DNA of 64,000 nucleotides. Origin: an uncultured Chromatiaceae bacterium (GTDB taxonomy: Bacteria > Pseudomonadota > Gammaproteobacteria > Tenderiales > Tenderiaceae). The translations under genes and the position numbers were made by a program. Below, in pieces: positions 1 to 10,283 of the stretch (positions are counted from its first letter, which is position 1; each line of letters opens with the position of its first letter). The stretch is taken from positions 14,946 through 78,945 of the forward strand of contig CALZIO010000007.1 of assembly GCA_945787785.1 (NCBI GenBank), written 5' to 3'. Below the pieces are notes generated by a model. That model worked only from the letters and a program-made list of their open reading frames with translations, was not told the DNA's origin and did no database searches.

Positions 1-150
1 GCCAGCTGCACTACAGGCAGCGGTGGTGTTGATTGCGCCACTGTCGGCCGACCATTGGTCGTAATTGATTGGTGCTGCTGCGAAGGACACGCTTGGTAAT
101 ACAACTGCGGATAATCCCAATAACTTCAGGGCTTTGTACTTTGTTGTCAT
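1..150 (-). CDS. N-terminal part of a secreted protein (runs off the window start)
   Basis: Read by hand: GGAGG RBS, ATG at 150, then MTTKYKALKLLGLSAVVLPSVSFAAAPINYDQW... with a Sec-type signal peptide; frame open to position 1. Confidence 0.7.
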   Translation of the reverse strand, partial: MTTKYKALKLLGLSAVVLPSVSFAAAPINYDQWSADSGAINTTAACSAAG

Positions 151-232
151 TGTCTTCCTCCCAAACTACATTTATAAAGACTTTGTTCTAACAGATGATA
201 TAGCCAAAAGGTGGTATATGTCCAAAACTTTT

Positions 233-262
233 TGTTAGGCATTTGTTAGGCATTGTTTTGCA
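233..262. promoter_or_regulatory. Triple direct repeat TGTTAGGCA/TGTTAGGCA/TGTTTTGCA, candidate regulator binding site
   Basis: Units start at 233, 244 and 254 (11 and 10 bp apart) in an AT-rich divergent intergenic region. Confidence 0.45.
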
Positions 263-477
263 TTAGAATTTGCTAGTTAATGAATCGAAAGGTTTGAATA
301 AGAATTAAGCAAAAACTGTCCTATTGATGTGAGCATTAATAATGCTCGTAGGATATTCTCAAATATAAATTCAGCCAAAATGTTTTAATTTACTGTGTGT
401 GAATCTGGCCAAGCTAATTTGTGGTAGATTAAGATTAGATAATTTTAGAAGTGTTAGATTTTAAAGGGAGATTTGTA

Positions 478-1569
478 ATGTCTGAATTAACCAATTCGAC
501 AGTAGAGGGTGTTTTGAGTCAGGTTGTCGATCCCCATTCAGCGCTTGATTTGGTCGCCAGTAAATCAGTTAAGAGCATAGAGGTCGCTGACGACAAAGTT
601 TCAGTCAAAATTGTGTTGGGTTATCCCGCAGATGGTTACATTGCTGTATTACAGCAGGAAGTTGAAGAAAAGCTGCGGCAGCTCGGTGCTTCCATTGAGC
701 TGAGCCTTGATATCGGCTGGGAAGTCACTACCAGATCAGTCCAGCCCGGCGTGAAGGTTTTTGACACTATAAAAAATATAGTTGCGATCGCGTCTGGAAA
801 AGGTGGTGTAGGTAAGTCAACCACCACGGTCAATTTGGCCCTTGCACTGGTCAAAGAGGGTGCCAAGGTAGGTATTTTGGATGCCGACATCTATGGTCCC
901 AGTCAACCTCGTATGCTTGGCATAGATGCCCGGCCGGAGTCCACCGACGGCAAAACCATGGAGCCGCTCGAGGCCTACGGGGTAGAGGCCATGTCAATTG
1001 GTTTTCTGATCGATGAAGAGACACCGATGGTCTGGCGCGGTCCGATGGTGACCCAGGCGTTGGAACAATTGTTGCGCGATACGAACTGGCGCGACCTTGA
1101 TTACCTGCTTATCGATATGCCACCTGGCACCGGTGATGTACAGCTTACTCTGTCACAGAAAATTCCGGTCAGTGGTGCAGTGATTGTCACCACGCCTCAG
1201 GATATTGCCCTGCTTGATGCGCGTAAAGGCTTGAAAATGTTTGAGAAGGTTAATGTAAAGGTGCTGGGTATTGTGGAGAATATGAGCACTCACATCTGTA
1301 GTCAGTGCGGCCATGAAGAGCATATTTTCGGTGCCGGTGGCGGCGAGACAATGGCGCGGGACTACGATGTTGATTTACTTGGCTCCTTACCACTTGATAT
1401 CACGATCCGCGAGAATGCTGATGGCGGCAAACCCAGTGTTACGGCAGATCCAGAGGGTGCAATTGCCAAGGCTTATGGCGAGATCGCTCGCAAGGTAGCG
1501 GCCAAGTTGGCACTGCAGGCCAAGGATTTTAGTGGCAAGTTTCCCAATATTGTTATTCAAAACACCTAA
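478..1569 (+). CDS. apbC: Mrp/ApbC iron-sulfur cluster carrier ATPase
   Basis: ASGKGGVGKST P-loop, DADIYGPS, WRGPM, DMPPGTGD and CxxC; ATG 478 follows GGGAGA; lies next to dcd. Confidence 0.95.
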   Translation: MSELTNSTVEGVLSQVVDPHSALDLVASKSVKSIEVADDKVSVKIVLGYPADGYIAVLQQEVEEKLRQLGASIELSLDIGWEVTTRSVQPGVKVFDTIKNIVAIASGKGGVGKSTTTVNLALALVKEGAKVGILDADIYGPSQPRMLGIDARPESTDGKTMEPLEAYGVEAMSIGFLIDEETPMVWRGPMVTQALEQLLRDTNWRDLDYLLIDMPPGTGDVQLTLSQKIPVSGAVIVTTPQDIALLDARKGLKMFEKVNVKVLGIVENMSTHICSQCGHEEHIFGAGGGETMARDYDVDLLGSLPLDITIRENADGGKPSVTADPEGAIAKAYGEIARKVAAKLALQAKDFSGKFPNIVIQNT

Positions 1570-1646
1570 TCAGGTGACTGTTGCAGGTGATGTCTCTACA
1601 ATATGCCGCTTGATAAAACAATCAGAATTGTTAGGCGGGATTAGGA

Positions 1647-2213
1647 ATGAGTATTAAGTCGGATAAGTGGATTCGCCGCATGGTGGAGCAACAGGGAATG
1701 ATCGATCCGTTTGAACCAAGACAGGTGCGTGAATCGGATGGTGGGCGAATCATTTCATACGGAACCTCGAGTTATGGCTATGACATTCGCTGTTCTGACG
1801 AATTCAAGATTTTTACTAATATCAATTCTGCCATCGTCGATCCCAAAGATTTTGATGACAACAGTTTTGTCGATGTGAAATCAGATGTTTGTATCATTCC
1901 CCCGAATTCATTTGCCCTGGCGCGCACAGTCGAATACTTCCGTATCCCGCGCAGTGTCTTGACCATCTGTCTGGGCAAATCGACCTACGCCCGCTGCGGC
2001 ATTATCGTCAATGTGACGCCCTTGGAACCGGAATGGGAAGGGCATGTGACACTGGAGTTTTCCAACACCACGCCATTGCCGGCCAAGATTTACGCCAATG
2101 AAGGCGTCGCCCAGGTGTTGTTCCTTGAGTCTGACGAGATATGTGAAACCTCGTATGGGGATCGTGCTGGAAAATATCAGGGGCAAACAGGAGTCACTCT
2201 GCCGCGCGCTTGA
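1647..2213 (+). CDS. dcd: dCTP deaminase
   Basis: [10 protein letters not shown] start; [16 protein letters not shown] and PLEPEWEG motifs. Confidence 0.97.
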   Translation: MSIKSDKWIRRMVEQQGMIDPFEPRQVRESDGGRIISYGTSSYGYDIRCSDEFKIFTNINSAIVDPKDFDDNSFVDVKSDVCIIPPNSFALARTVEYFRIPRSVLTICLGKSTYARCGIIVNVTPLEPEWEGHVTLEFSNTTPLPAKIYANEGVAQVLFLESDEICETSYGDRAGKYQGQTGVTLPRA

Positions 2214-2230
2214 TAATCTCGGGATAGTGC

Positions 2231-3022
2231 CTAAAGATTCTTTTGGAGGGTTAGGCCGGTGAATGATTCCAGTTTCAGGTCAAGCTCTCTGCCATCTTCA
2301 ACCTGAACTATCCTGACGGGCAGATATCCCAATTCTTTGGCGTACCAGAGGGTGGTGTCGCGTTTGCCGGGAAGTAAAAGTTTGACGGTATTTAAATTGC
2401 CAAACTTTGTCTTGATTGTCTCTTCCCCCAGATTACTGAACTCATACGTTTTTAATGTGCCACCATCGGCAACCTTGTAAACCAGCGCTGATTTACCTTC
2501 CCTCAGATCGTACATCACCGCTAAGTGATAGAGCAGCTTGTCCAGTGTGCGCACAGGAATTTTCATGCTCCAGGAATCATTGTTGATCACATTGGTGACG
2601 CGCATTTTGTCCCAGTCAAACTTGAGTTTGACATGCCGTTCTTGCTTGCTGCTGGTACGATCGTAGCTGTAGTTGATGGGCCTCAGGTGTTGCTCATTAA
2701 ACACCCACTCACTTTTTTCCAGCAATTGGGAATCGGTAAACCAGCGTGCATAACCGGTGGCCTGTGAAAAAGACTCGTATATATAATTACCATCGCCATT
2801 CTTATAAAGTCTGCGGGTCGTTTCTCCCAGCGTCAACGGACCCATGGTCAGTTTATAGGTCACAGTAAACAATTCCGGCTGCATAGCTTCAGTCTCTGCC
2901 TGTGCAATATTGGTTAGCAACATGCAAAACATTAGCAAGCCAGTAAAAGTAACAATGATTCGTTGAGATTGCAGATTCCGCATCATGCTAATGTTTTTCA
3001 AGCTGTGGTACAGGTTCTCCAT
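2231..3022 (-). CDS. DUF3108-family exported protein (true start probably a little downstream)
   Basis: Signal-like hydrophobic N-terminus, beta-rich body, E.I.T.FG.L.T and LWYAKELGYLPVRI motifs; usual position after purN. Confidence 0.75.
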   Translation of the reverse strand: MENLYHSLKNISMMRNLQSQRIIVTFTGLLMFCMLLTNIAQAETEAMQPELFTVTYKLTMGPLTLGETTRRLYKNGDGNYIYESFSQATGYARWFTDSQLLEKSEWVFNEQHLRPINYSYDRTSSKQERHVKLKFDWDKMRVTNVINNDSWSMKIPVRTLDKLLYHLAVMYDLREGKSALVYKVADGGTLKTYEFSNLGEETIKTKFGNLNTVKLLLPGKRDTTLWYAKELGYLPVRIVQVEDGRELDLKLESFTGLTLQKNL

Positions 3023-3641
3023 CGAGCATTGCTAGATCATTGGCCAGCTTCAAACGACCCTCGGCAAACCAGCCAATCGCCTCAGGATAAATCCGATGTT
3101 CCTGCTGCAATACACGTTGCGCTAATAGTTCGGGTGTATCACCCGGCTCGATTGCTACAGTGGCACGATTGACCACGGGTCCGCCATCAAGCTCCGGTGT
3201 AACAAAATGAACACTCACGCCATGTTGATTCGAGCCTGACTCAATGGCACGTTTATGGGTATTCAAGCCTTGAAAATTGGGCAACAAGGAGGGATGAATG
3301 TTCAACATGCGCCCAAGATAATGATTTACAAATTCTTCGGTCAGTATGCGCATAAAACCGGCGAGCACTACCAGGCCAGGCTGGTAATGATCAATTTGTT
3401 GACTTAGGGCCTGGTCGAACGCTCGACGATCGCTAAACTGAGTGTGATCCAGCACGTGGGTTGGGATGCCGGCCTGTTCGGCCCGGTTCAGGCCAAAGGC
3501 GTCGGCACGGTTGCTGATAACTGCCTTGATGTCCGCATTAATCTGACCACTGGCGCAGGCATCAATTATCGCTTGCAGATTACTGCCGCTGCCGGAGATC
3601 AGCACCACCAATGCCAGGGGTGATTGCTGTGATTGCGCCAT
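2988..3641 (-). CDS. purN: Phosphoribosylglycinamide formyltransferase
   Basis: ISGSGSNLQA, LAGFMRIL, NIHPSLLP and HFVTPELDGGP motifs. Confidence 0.97.
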   Translation of the reverse strand: MAQSQQSPLALVVLISGSGSNLQAIIDACASGQINADIKAVISNRADAFGLNRAEQAGIPTHVLDHTQFSDRRAFDQALSQQIDHYQPGLVVLAGFMRILTEEFVNHYLGRMLNIHPSLLPNFQGLNTHKRAIESGSNQHGVSVHFVTPELDGGPVVNRATVAIEPGDTPELLAQRVLQQEHRIYPEAIGWFAEGRLKLANDLAMLDGEPVPQLEKH

Positions 3642-3644
3642 AGC

Positions 3645-4703
3645 TTACTTTTTTAGGACGACAGCTTCGTCAGCGGCGCTCGAGTTATGAATAGTGCCAA
3701 TATGCCAGGCGGTTTCGCCGTGGCTGCGCAGGCATTCGAGTGCGCTGTCCAAGTCTTCCGCAGCAACAATCACTGTCATGCCTACGCCACAGTTAAAGGT
3801 GCGATGCATCTCTTTTTCTTCAACATTGCCTTGTTGTTGCAGCCAGTCGAAAATGGCGGGACGCTGCCAGGATTGGATTGAAATCTGTGCCTGACATCCT
3901 TCAGTCATTACACGAGGCAGGTTTTCCAGCAGACCGCCACCTGTGATGTGGGCAAGGGCGTGGACGTCTACTTTACTGAACAAATCCAGTAGTGATTTGA
4001 TGTAAAGACGGGTCGGTGCCAATAGTGTTTCGCCCAGGGTGCTGTCTTCGAACGTGTCATCCAGTTTGGCGCCACTGACTTCGATTATTTTGCGGATCAG
4101 GGAATAACCATTCGAGTGGGGGCCGGATGATGCCAGGCCGACGATGACATCGCCTGCGTTGACCTTGCTGCCATCGATGATTTTGTCTTTTTCCACCACA
4201 CCAACACAGAATCCAGCCAGGTCGTAGTCTTCGCCATCGTACATACCGGGCATCTCAGCGGTTTCACCGCCGATCAGGGCGCAACCCGCCTGTTCGCAAC
4301 CAGCGCCGATGCCTGTTACGACAGCAGCAGCGGTGTCGATGCTTAGTTTTCCAGTGGCATAGTAGTCGAGAAAAAACAGTGGTTCAGCACCTTGCACGAT
4401 CAGATCGTTGGCGCACATGGCAACCAGGTCGATACCAATGGTGTCATGCTTGCCCATCTCCATGGCTAGTTTCAGCTTGGTGCCGACGCCATCGGTGCCT
4501 GAGACCAGAACCGGCTGTTTGTATTGCTCGGGAATTTCAAACATAGCGCCAAAGCCGCCAAGGCCGGCTATCACGCCGGGTCGGCGTGTCCGCGCTGCAA
4601 TTGGCTTGATGATATCTACCAGGTTGTTGCCTGCTTCAATATCCACTCCAGCATCGCGGTAGCTCAGGGAGTTTGGTTTTTGTGGGTCCTGGGAGTTACT
4701 CAT
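3645..4703 (-). CDS. purM: Phosphoribosylformylglycinamidine cyclo-ligase
   Basis: [31 protein letters not shown] and FNCGVGM motifs. Confidence 0.97.
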   Translation of the reverse strand: MSNSQDPQKPNSLSYRDAGVDIEAGNNLVDIIKPIAARTRRPGVIAGLGGFGAMFEIPEQYKQPVLVSGTDGVGTKLKLAMEMGKHDTIGIDLVAMCANDLIVQGAEPLFFLDYYATGKLSIDTAAAVVTGIGAGCEQAGCALIGGETAEMPGMYDGEDYDLAGFCVGVVEKDKIIDGSKVNAGDVIVGLASSGPHSNGYSLIRKIIEVSGAKLDDTFEDSTLGETLLAPTRLYIKSLLDLFSKVDVHALAHITGGGLLENLPRVMTEGCQAQISIQSWQRPAIFDWLQQQGNVEEKEMHRTFNCGVGMTVIVAAEDLDSALECLRSHGETAWHIGTIHNSSAADEAVVLKK

Positions 4704-4840
4704 AGATGTGATTCGCTCTTTCAAAATATCCGATGGCGCCAAGAAAGTGTATTATTTTAAATGATCTTGTCAGGAACAGCGACATATAATCAGCGACTTA
4801 GATAATTACAACGAAACTGCTGCTAGAGTTGGGCGGTTAA

Positions 4841-5980
4841 GTGTTTTGGAGTTTACTTTTGACGAATTACTGGAAAACGCGGTTCATCGGGCTGATGCTT
4901 GTTATTCAAGCGCTATTTATTTTGCCCGAACTGAATGCCGCAGAGGTTAAAGGGCTGTATCAGGCCAAGGTGCCGGTAGCTAATCAAACCCGTGAACAGC
5001 GCCTGGAGGTTTATCCCGATGCGTTGGCTCAGGTGGTTGTAAAACTGACGGGTGATCAAGCTGTGGCTGATCTGGCTGAATTATCGGGTCTCATGAAGCG
5101 GGCGCGAACGCTGGTACAACAGTTTCATTACGAGGAGTTAGCGCCTGATAGTGAAGCTTTGATCGAGGAGGGTTTTACGCGCCTGCTGGTGGTTAGTTTT
5201 GATGATCAGGCAATTACCCAGGCATTAATTGAGGCAAATGTGCCGCTTTGGGGGCATACGCGCCCCGAAGTGTTGCTGTGGTTGGCGATTGAAGACCGGG
5301 AAACGCGCTATATTCTGGCTGCAAATGCCTCAGCTGAATTAGAGACTTATTTGGCAAATCACGCAAAGGTGCGTGGTCTGCCCCTCATTTTGCCCTTGGT
5401 GGATCTTGAGGATCAGGCGCAGCTGAGCTTTGCCGATGTCTGGGGAGATTTCCGCCCGAATCTTGTTCAGGCTTCTCAGCGTTATGGTGTTAAAGCGATT
5501 CTGGTCGGTCGTTTGATTCGTTCCAGTCGAGGGATGTGGCAGGCGCGTTGGAGTTTGCATTACAACAACGACGTTACCACGCCATCTGAATATTGGCATG
5601 CAGAGGTGAATTTGCAGCAGGAGGCACTGATTGTTGGTGTTGATGGTGCCGCCGACAGGATTGCGCAACGCTATGCTCAGCTCTACAGCATAGGTTCTGC
5701 CGACTCCGTTGGCATAAAGATTAAAGGCGTAAATGATCTGGCCAGCTATGCCCGTTCGATGAAATATCTTGAGTCACTGGACATTGTGACGGATGTCAAT
5801 GTAGTCACTGTCAGGGCAGATGAAGTACAGTTCTTGCTGGATATCCGCGGTGACAGTCGCGGCTTGGAACAGGCTATCGCACTGGGGGGCACGCTGGTTC
5901 AAATTGGTGATGAAGATGCACTGTTGATTGAGAATGGAACAGCCTCTACAAGGGCGTTTGTGTATCAGCTTTTACCATGA
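4841..5980 (+). CDS. DUF2066-family periplasmic protein
   Basis: Signal peptide; LY.A.VPV, PLWG..RP..LLWLA and RGLPL.LP..DLED motifs; divergent from purM as is typical. Confidence 0.8.
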   Translation: MFWSLLLTNYWKTRFIGLMLVIQALFILPELNAAEVKGLYQAKVPVANQTREQRLEVYPDALAQVVVKLTGDQAVADLAELSGLMKRARTLVQQFHYEELAPDSEALIEEGFTRLLVVSFDDQAITQALIEANVPLWGHTRPEVLLWLAIEDRETRYILAANASAELETYLANHAKVRGLPLILPLVDLEDQAQLSFADVWGDFRPNLVQASQRYGVKAILVGRLIRSSRGMWQARWSLHYNNDVTTPSEYWHAEVNLQQEALIVGVDGAADRIAQRYAQLYSIGSADSVGIKIKGVNDLASYARSMKYLESLDIVTDVNVVTVRADEVQFLLDIRGDSRGLEQAIALGGTLVQIGDEDALLIENGTASTRAFVYQLLP

Positions 5981-6540
5981 GTTTTGGCCTGAAAGATATC
6001 CCCAATCTGATTAGTATTGCCCGGATCCTGCTAAGTCTGCCGGTTGCCTATCTGTTACTGGAAGAGCGATTTAGCGAGGCGCTGTTACTTTTTTTCATTG
6101 CTGGCGTATCCGATGCACTTGATGGATTTCTGGCCAAGCGTTTTGGTTGGCACAGCAGATTAGGCTCGATTTTAGATCCCCTGGCCGACAAGATGTTGCT
6201 GGTGACATCTTACTTATGTTTGGCATGGGTAGAGGTGATCCCGCTCTGGCTACTCTTGATGGTGTTTGGCCGGGATCTGATTATTATTATAGGTGGCTTG
6301 GCGTTTCACTGGTTGATCGGCCGTTTTGAGATGGCGCCAACCTGGATCAGCAAGATTAATACGGCCCTGCAAATTGCTTTGGTACTGGCGCTGGTGTTAT
6401 CAAACGGTTTATATCCATTACCAGGAGGGCTGCTGACCTGGTTGGTTTATGGCGTTTCAGTGACCACCGTATTGAGTGGGCTGGATTATATCTGGACCTG
6501 GGGGCGCAAGGCCTATCTGATCCGAAAAAAGAATCGCTAA
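5977..6540 (+). CDS. CDP-alcohol phosphatidyltransferase family protein
   Basis: IPNLISIAR and DALDGFLAKR...GSILDPLADK signature. Confidence 0.93.
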   Translation: MSFGLKDIPNLISIARILLSLPVAYLLLEERFSEALLLFFIAGVSDALDGFLAKRFGWHSRLGSILDPLADKMLLVTSYLCLAWVEVIPLWLLLMVFGRDLIIIIGGLAFHWLIGRFEMAPTWISKINTALQIALVLALVLSNGLYPLPGGLLTWLVYGVSVTTVLSGLDYIWTWGRKAYLIRKKNR

Positions 6541-6553
6541 TGGAATTCGCATC

Positions 6554-7756
6554 ATGCTGTTGACTGATTCACAAAAATGGTTGTTATTGATCGGGGCTGC
6601 ATTAGTTTTGCTGCTGCTCTATCTGTTGGCACCGGTGTTGTTCCCATTTCTGGTGGCGGCAGCACTGGCCTATCTGGGGGATCCCTTAGTTGACAGGCTC
6701 GAAGCACGCAAACTTTCACGCAGTCTCTCAGTCGTGATTGTTTTCTGTGGGCTGTTGCTTGGCGTGTTTATTGTTTTTGCCTTTGTTGTGCCTGTTTTGC
6801 AACAAGAGTTGGTGGCGTTGATAAAAAAACTACCGGCATATATCGACTGGGTACAGAACACGGTGTTGCCCTGGTTACAGGCACAATTATCACTGGATAT
6901 GCCTGGCTGGAATCTGGACAACCTCAAGCAGGCCGTTATTAGTCACTGGAAATCTGTGGGTGATGTTGCCGCAGGTGTGGTGGGGTCGGTGTCACGATCA
7001 GGTTTGGCCTTGTTGGGTTGGTTCGCCAACTTGGTGTTGATTCCGGTGCTGACATTTTATCTGCTGCGAGACTGGGATCTGTTGGTGGCACGGGTACGTG
7101 AGCTGATTCCGCGTCGGTATGAACAGTCTGTCGTTCAAATTGCCAGAGAGTGTGATGAAATGCTAGGCGCGTTCATGAATGGACAGTTGATGGTTATGCT
7201 GTCACTTGGCACTGTCTATTCTGTTGGTTTATGGATGGTAGGTCTGGACATGGCCTTTCTGATTGGCATGCTGGCAGGCCTGGTTAGTTTTGTGCCTTAT
7301 CTTGGATTTATTCTGGGGATGTTAGTGGCAGGTATTGCCGCATTGGTGCAATTTCAGGATGCCATTCATCTGTTTTATGTTCTGCTGGTGTTTGGTGTAG
7401 GTCAAATGCTCGAATCGTTTCTGCTGACACCATACCTGTTGGGTGATCGCATTGGCTTGCATCCGGTGGCAGTGATTTTTGCCGTCATGGCAGGTGGTCA
7501 ATTGTTCGGCTTTGTTGGCATCCTGTTAGCTTTACCTGTAACAGCAGTGATTATGGTGTTGTTAAACCATGCCCACGATCAGTATGTGAATAGTCAGCTG
7601 TATGCTGCTGGTGACATGGTGGCGGTACCTGCACCGGATGATCCGGGAATAGAAGTGCCAGTAGAAGAAACCGCGATGTCAGACTTGGAGTCAATCGACG
7701 CGGCCGTGAGTGAAAATGTTGATGAGTCAGTTTCTGATTCGGACAAACCAGCGTAA
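6554..7756 (+). CDS. AI-2E family transporter
   Basis: Multi-pass membrane protein with FVPYLG and GLHPVAVIFAVMAGGQLFGFVGILLALP. Confidence 0.92.
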   Translation: MLLTDSQKWLLLIGAALVLLLLYLLAPVLFPFLVAAALAYLGDPLVDRLEARKLSRSLSVVIVFCGLLLGVFIVFAFVVPVLQQELVALIKKLPAYIDWVQNTVLPWLQAQLSLDMPGWNLDNLKQAVISHWKSVGDVAAGVVGSVSRSGLALLGWFANLVLIPVLTFYLLRDWDLLVARVRELIPRRYEQSVVQIARECDEMLGAFMNGQLMVMLSLGTVYSVGLWMVGLDMAFLIGMLAGLVSFVPYLGFILGMLVAGIAALVQFQDAIHLFYVLLVFGVGQMLESFLLTPYLLGDRIGLHPVAVIFAVMAGGQLFGFVGILLALPVTAVIMVLLNHAHDQYVNSQLYAAGDMVAVPAPDDPGIEVPVEETAMSDLESIDAAVSENVDESVSDSDKPA

Positions 7757-7771
7757 TGCTTGAATCGAGCC

Positions 7772-8503
7772 ATGTCAGCGAACACTAGTATTAAACAATT
7801 GCCATTAAGCATGTGGTTGCGCCAAGGCGCCACTTTTGACAGCTATGTAAGTGCAGCAAATCAGCAGCTGCTAGATAACATTCGCAACGTTGCTGCTCTT
7901 GGTGAGGAACATTTTATTTTTATCTGGGGTGCCGAAGGAGTCGGTAAGACCCATTTACTTCAGGCGGCTTGTCATGCTGCCACAAATGCCGGAAATAGCA
8001 GTGTCTATCTGCCTATGCAAGAAGCAGCTCAATTTGCCCCCGAGATGTTAGAAGACCTGGAGCAGATGACATTAGTTACGATAGACAATATTGATGCCGT
8101 TGCGGGTGATCAGGCGTGGGAGACAGCGTTATTTAATCTTTATAATCGCGTGCGTGATAACGGTGAATGCCGTTTGATCGTTTCTGCGCACCAGCCTCTA
8201 GCCAGTCTCGGACTGCGCTTGCCTGACTTGTTGTCACGGCTAAGCTGGGGCCTGGTTTACCAAGTGCAGGCGATGACGGACGAAGAGAAACTGCAGGCCC
8301 TTAAACAAGGTGCTGACAGTCGTGGTTTTGAATTGCCGGATGAAGTGGCCAATTATTTGTTGCGGCATTACCAGCGCCAAACGGCTGCGCTGTTTGATCT
8401 GTTGGAACGGCTTGATCAGCGCTCGCTGGCTGAGCAACGCCGCCTGACCATTCCATTCGTAAAACAAGTGATCGAGACCGATTTCAGATCCAGCAAAGAG
8501 TAG
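7772..8503 (+). CDS. hda: DnaA regulatory inactivator Hda
   Basis: QLPL clamp-binding motif, [17 protein letters not shown] and RRLTIPFVK. Confidence 0.95.
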   Translation: MSANTSIKQLPLSMWLRQGATFDSYVSAANQQLLDNIRNVAALGEEHFIFIWGAEGVGKTHLLQAACHAATNAGNSSVYLPMQEAAQFAPEMLEDLEQMTLVTIDNIDAVAGDQAWETALFNLYNRVRDNGECRLIVSAHQPLASLGLRLPDLLSRLSWGLVYQVQAMTDEEKLQALKQGADSRGFELPDEVANYLLRHYQRQTAALFDLLERLDQRSLAEQRRLTIPFVKQVIETDFRSSKE

Positions 8504-8510
8504 AGCCCAA

Positions 8511-9338
8511 TTGGATATAGCAAATATAGTGACTGAAAATGTCCGCGCCGCCTTGGCCGAAGATATTGGCAGTGGTGATCTGACTGCCGCATTAATCCCG
8601 GTAGATGCAATGGCGCAGGCCACGGTGATCAGCCGGGAATCGGCGGTGATCTGTGGCCGCCCCTGGGTTGATGAAGTGTTTCAGCAACTCGATAGTCGCG
8701 TCGAGATCGAATGGCGAGTGGCAGAGGGTGAGCAGGTTGAATCAAATCAGGAGCTATTTCGTCTCCAAGGCAGTGCCCGTGCATTGCTAACCGGTGAACG
8801 CACTGCCCTGAATTTTTTACAAACTTTTTCCGGAACCGCGACTGAGGCGCGTCGCTATGCCGATGCAGTCGCTGGCCTCCAGGTTAAAATTCTCGATACG
8901 CGCAAGACTATTCCCGGTCTGCGCGCAGCACAAAAATATGCGGTGAAGTGTGGTGGTTGCCACAATCATCGTCACGGACTCTATGATGGGGTCCTGATCA
9001 AGGAAAACCACATTCTTGCTGCTGGTTCGATCACGGCGGCGGTTAATAATGTACGCCCCTATGCTCAGGGCAAACCGGTTGAGGTGGAGGTCGAGACCCT
9101 GGCGGAGCTACGTGAGGCTGTCGCAGCAGGGGCTGACATCGTCATGCTCGATAATTTCACTCTGGAGCAGATCAGCGAAGCTGTCGCAGTCAATCAGGGT
9201 CAGGCTAAGCTCGAGGTCTCGGGCAATGTGTCGCTGGGGGGATTGAGAGCCCTGGCCGAGACGGGGGTGGATTATATTTCGACAGGGGCCCTGACCAAGC
9301 ACTTGCGTGCCATAGATCTGTCCATGCGATTTCTTTAA
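8511..9338 (+). CDS. nadC: Nicotinate-nucleotide diphosphorylase (carboxylating)
   Basis: [35 protein letters not shown] and MLDNF motifs. Confidence 0.97.
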   Translation: MDIANIVTENVRAALAEDIGSGDLTAALIPVDAMAQATVISRESAVICGRPWVDEVFQQLDSRVEIEWRVAEGEQVESNQELFRLQGSARALLTGERTALNFLQTFSGTATEARRYADAVAGLQVKILDTRKTIPGLRAAQKYAVKCGGCHNHRHGLYDGVLIKENHILAAGSITAAVNNVRPYAQGKPVEVEVETLAELREAVAAGADIVMLDNFTLEQISEAVAVNQGQAKLEVSGNVSLGGLRALAETGVDYISTGALTKHLRAIDLSMRFL

Positions 9339-9498
9339 TGGCCTTTCATATTGAAGAAAGCAGGCTATATTTAAAAGGACGTTCTGAATTACCCAGGTCT
9401 ATCTTGTCGTTTTAAGTAGCATTTATAGTAACGAAGCGGAATTAAATTAGATTTTTCTTCGGTTTAATACTTGCTTGATTAAACGATGCCTATTATAT

Positions 9499-9528
9499 TG
9501 TTATACATATGTTAGACAATGTTATACA
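9499..9528. promoter_or_regulatory. Triple direct repeat TGTTATACA/TGTTAGACA/TGTTATACA, candidate regulator binding site
   Basis: Units start at 9499, 9510 and 9520, just upstream of the RBS of a small ORF. Confidence 0.5.
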
Positions 9529-9546
9529 AATAAAAAGGGGTGTCTC

Positions 9547-9711
9547 GTGGCTTGTGATCGGATGGAACGTAAAATTGCACGCGCACAAAATCAAATCTGT
9601 AGTCAACTCGGTTATCTAACTGACCGCGAGCTGGTGCAACATCTCCTGAAACTGGAAAGAGAGCGGGAAGCCGAGGCCAGGCGGGCACAATTTCATCTGG
9701 TTAAAGGCTGA
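9547..9711 (+). CDS. Small hypothetical protein (54 aa)
   Basis: AAGGGG RBS then GTG; charged, helical-looking sequence ending RRAQFHLVKG. Confidence 0.55.
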   Translation: MACDRMERKIARAQNQICSQLGYLTDRELVQHLLKLEREREAEARRAQFHLVKG

Positions 9712-10007
9712 GACAATCTGCTGTGATTCTCTGATTTGGGTGAACGTGTTCACACACGCTCATTGATCCTTCAGTCAGATCGAATTCAACACCCAGGTTA
9801 ATTAGCACAATCTTCATCGGTGGCGGTTCAGCGCTGGAAAGATGCATATAGCCACTCCTTCCCAAAGCTTCGTTTAAGAGTTTTTAATTAAGAGAAAGTT
9901 GTTTATTAACTGCGGCTTATTTGCCTAATTTAATTTTTTGTCTAAAATAGCCATTAGAGCAGGGCATTAGGAAGAGCATTGGGTCTAATAAACTAATAGG
10001 GAATGCT

Positions 10008-10193
10008 ATGTCTTGTGAAAGTTATGTGCGTAAAAGGGCTGTTTTTCACGTCAGGTTTGATAGAAATGAACACCATGACGAAGATCCGCTTATTTTTAAG
10101 GATGATCATGAGTTGCTTGCCTACTTGCTTCATCAAGAGCAGATAGCCGAGAACAGCGAGATTGTTTCATTCGAGTCTGTCACTAGCGACTAA
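10008..10193 (+). CDS. Small hypothetical protein (61 aa)
   Basis: AGGGA RBS and ATG after AT-rich promoter-like DNA; family not recognised. Confidence 0.45.
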   Translation: MSCESYVRKRAVFHVRFDRNEHHDEDPLIFKDDHELLAYLLHQEQIAENSEIVSFESVTSD

Positions 10194-10283
10194 CACTGGT
10201 TTAAGCTGTTTCGTCGTCAAGATTCGATGTTTTTTTCGGTCTTGAGAGGTCCAAATGCTATTCGCATCTAAAGACGTGGGGGG

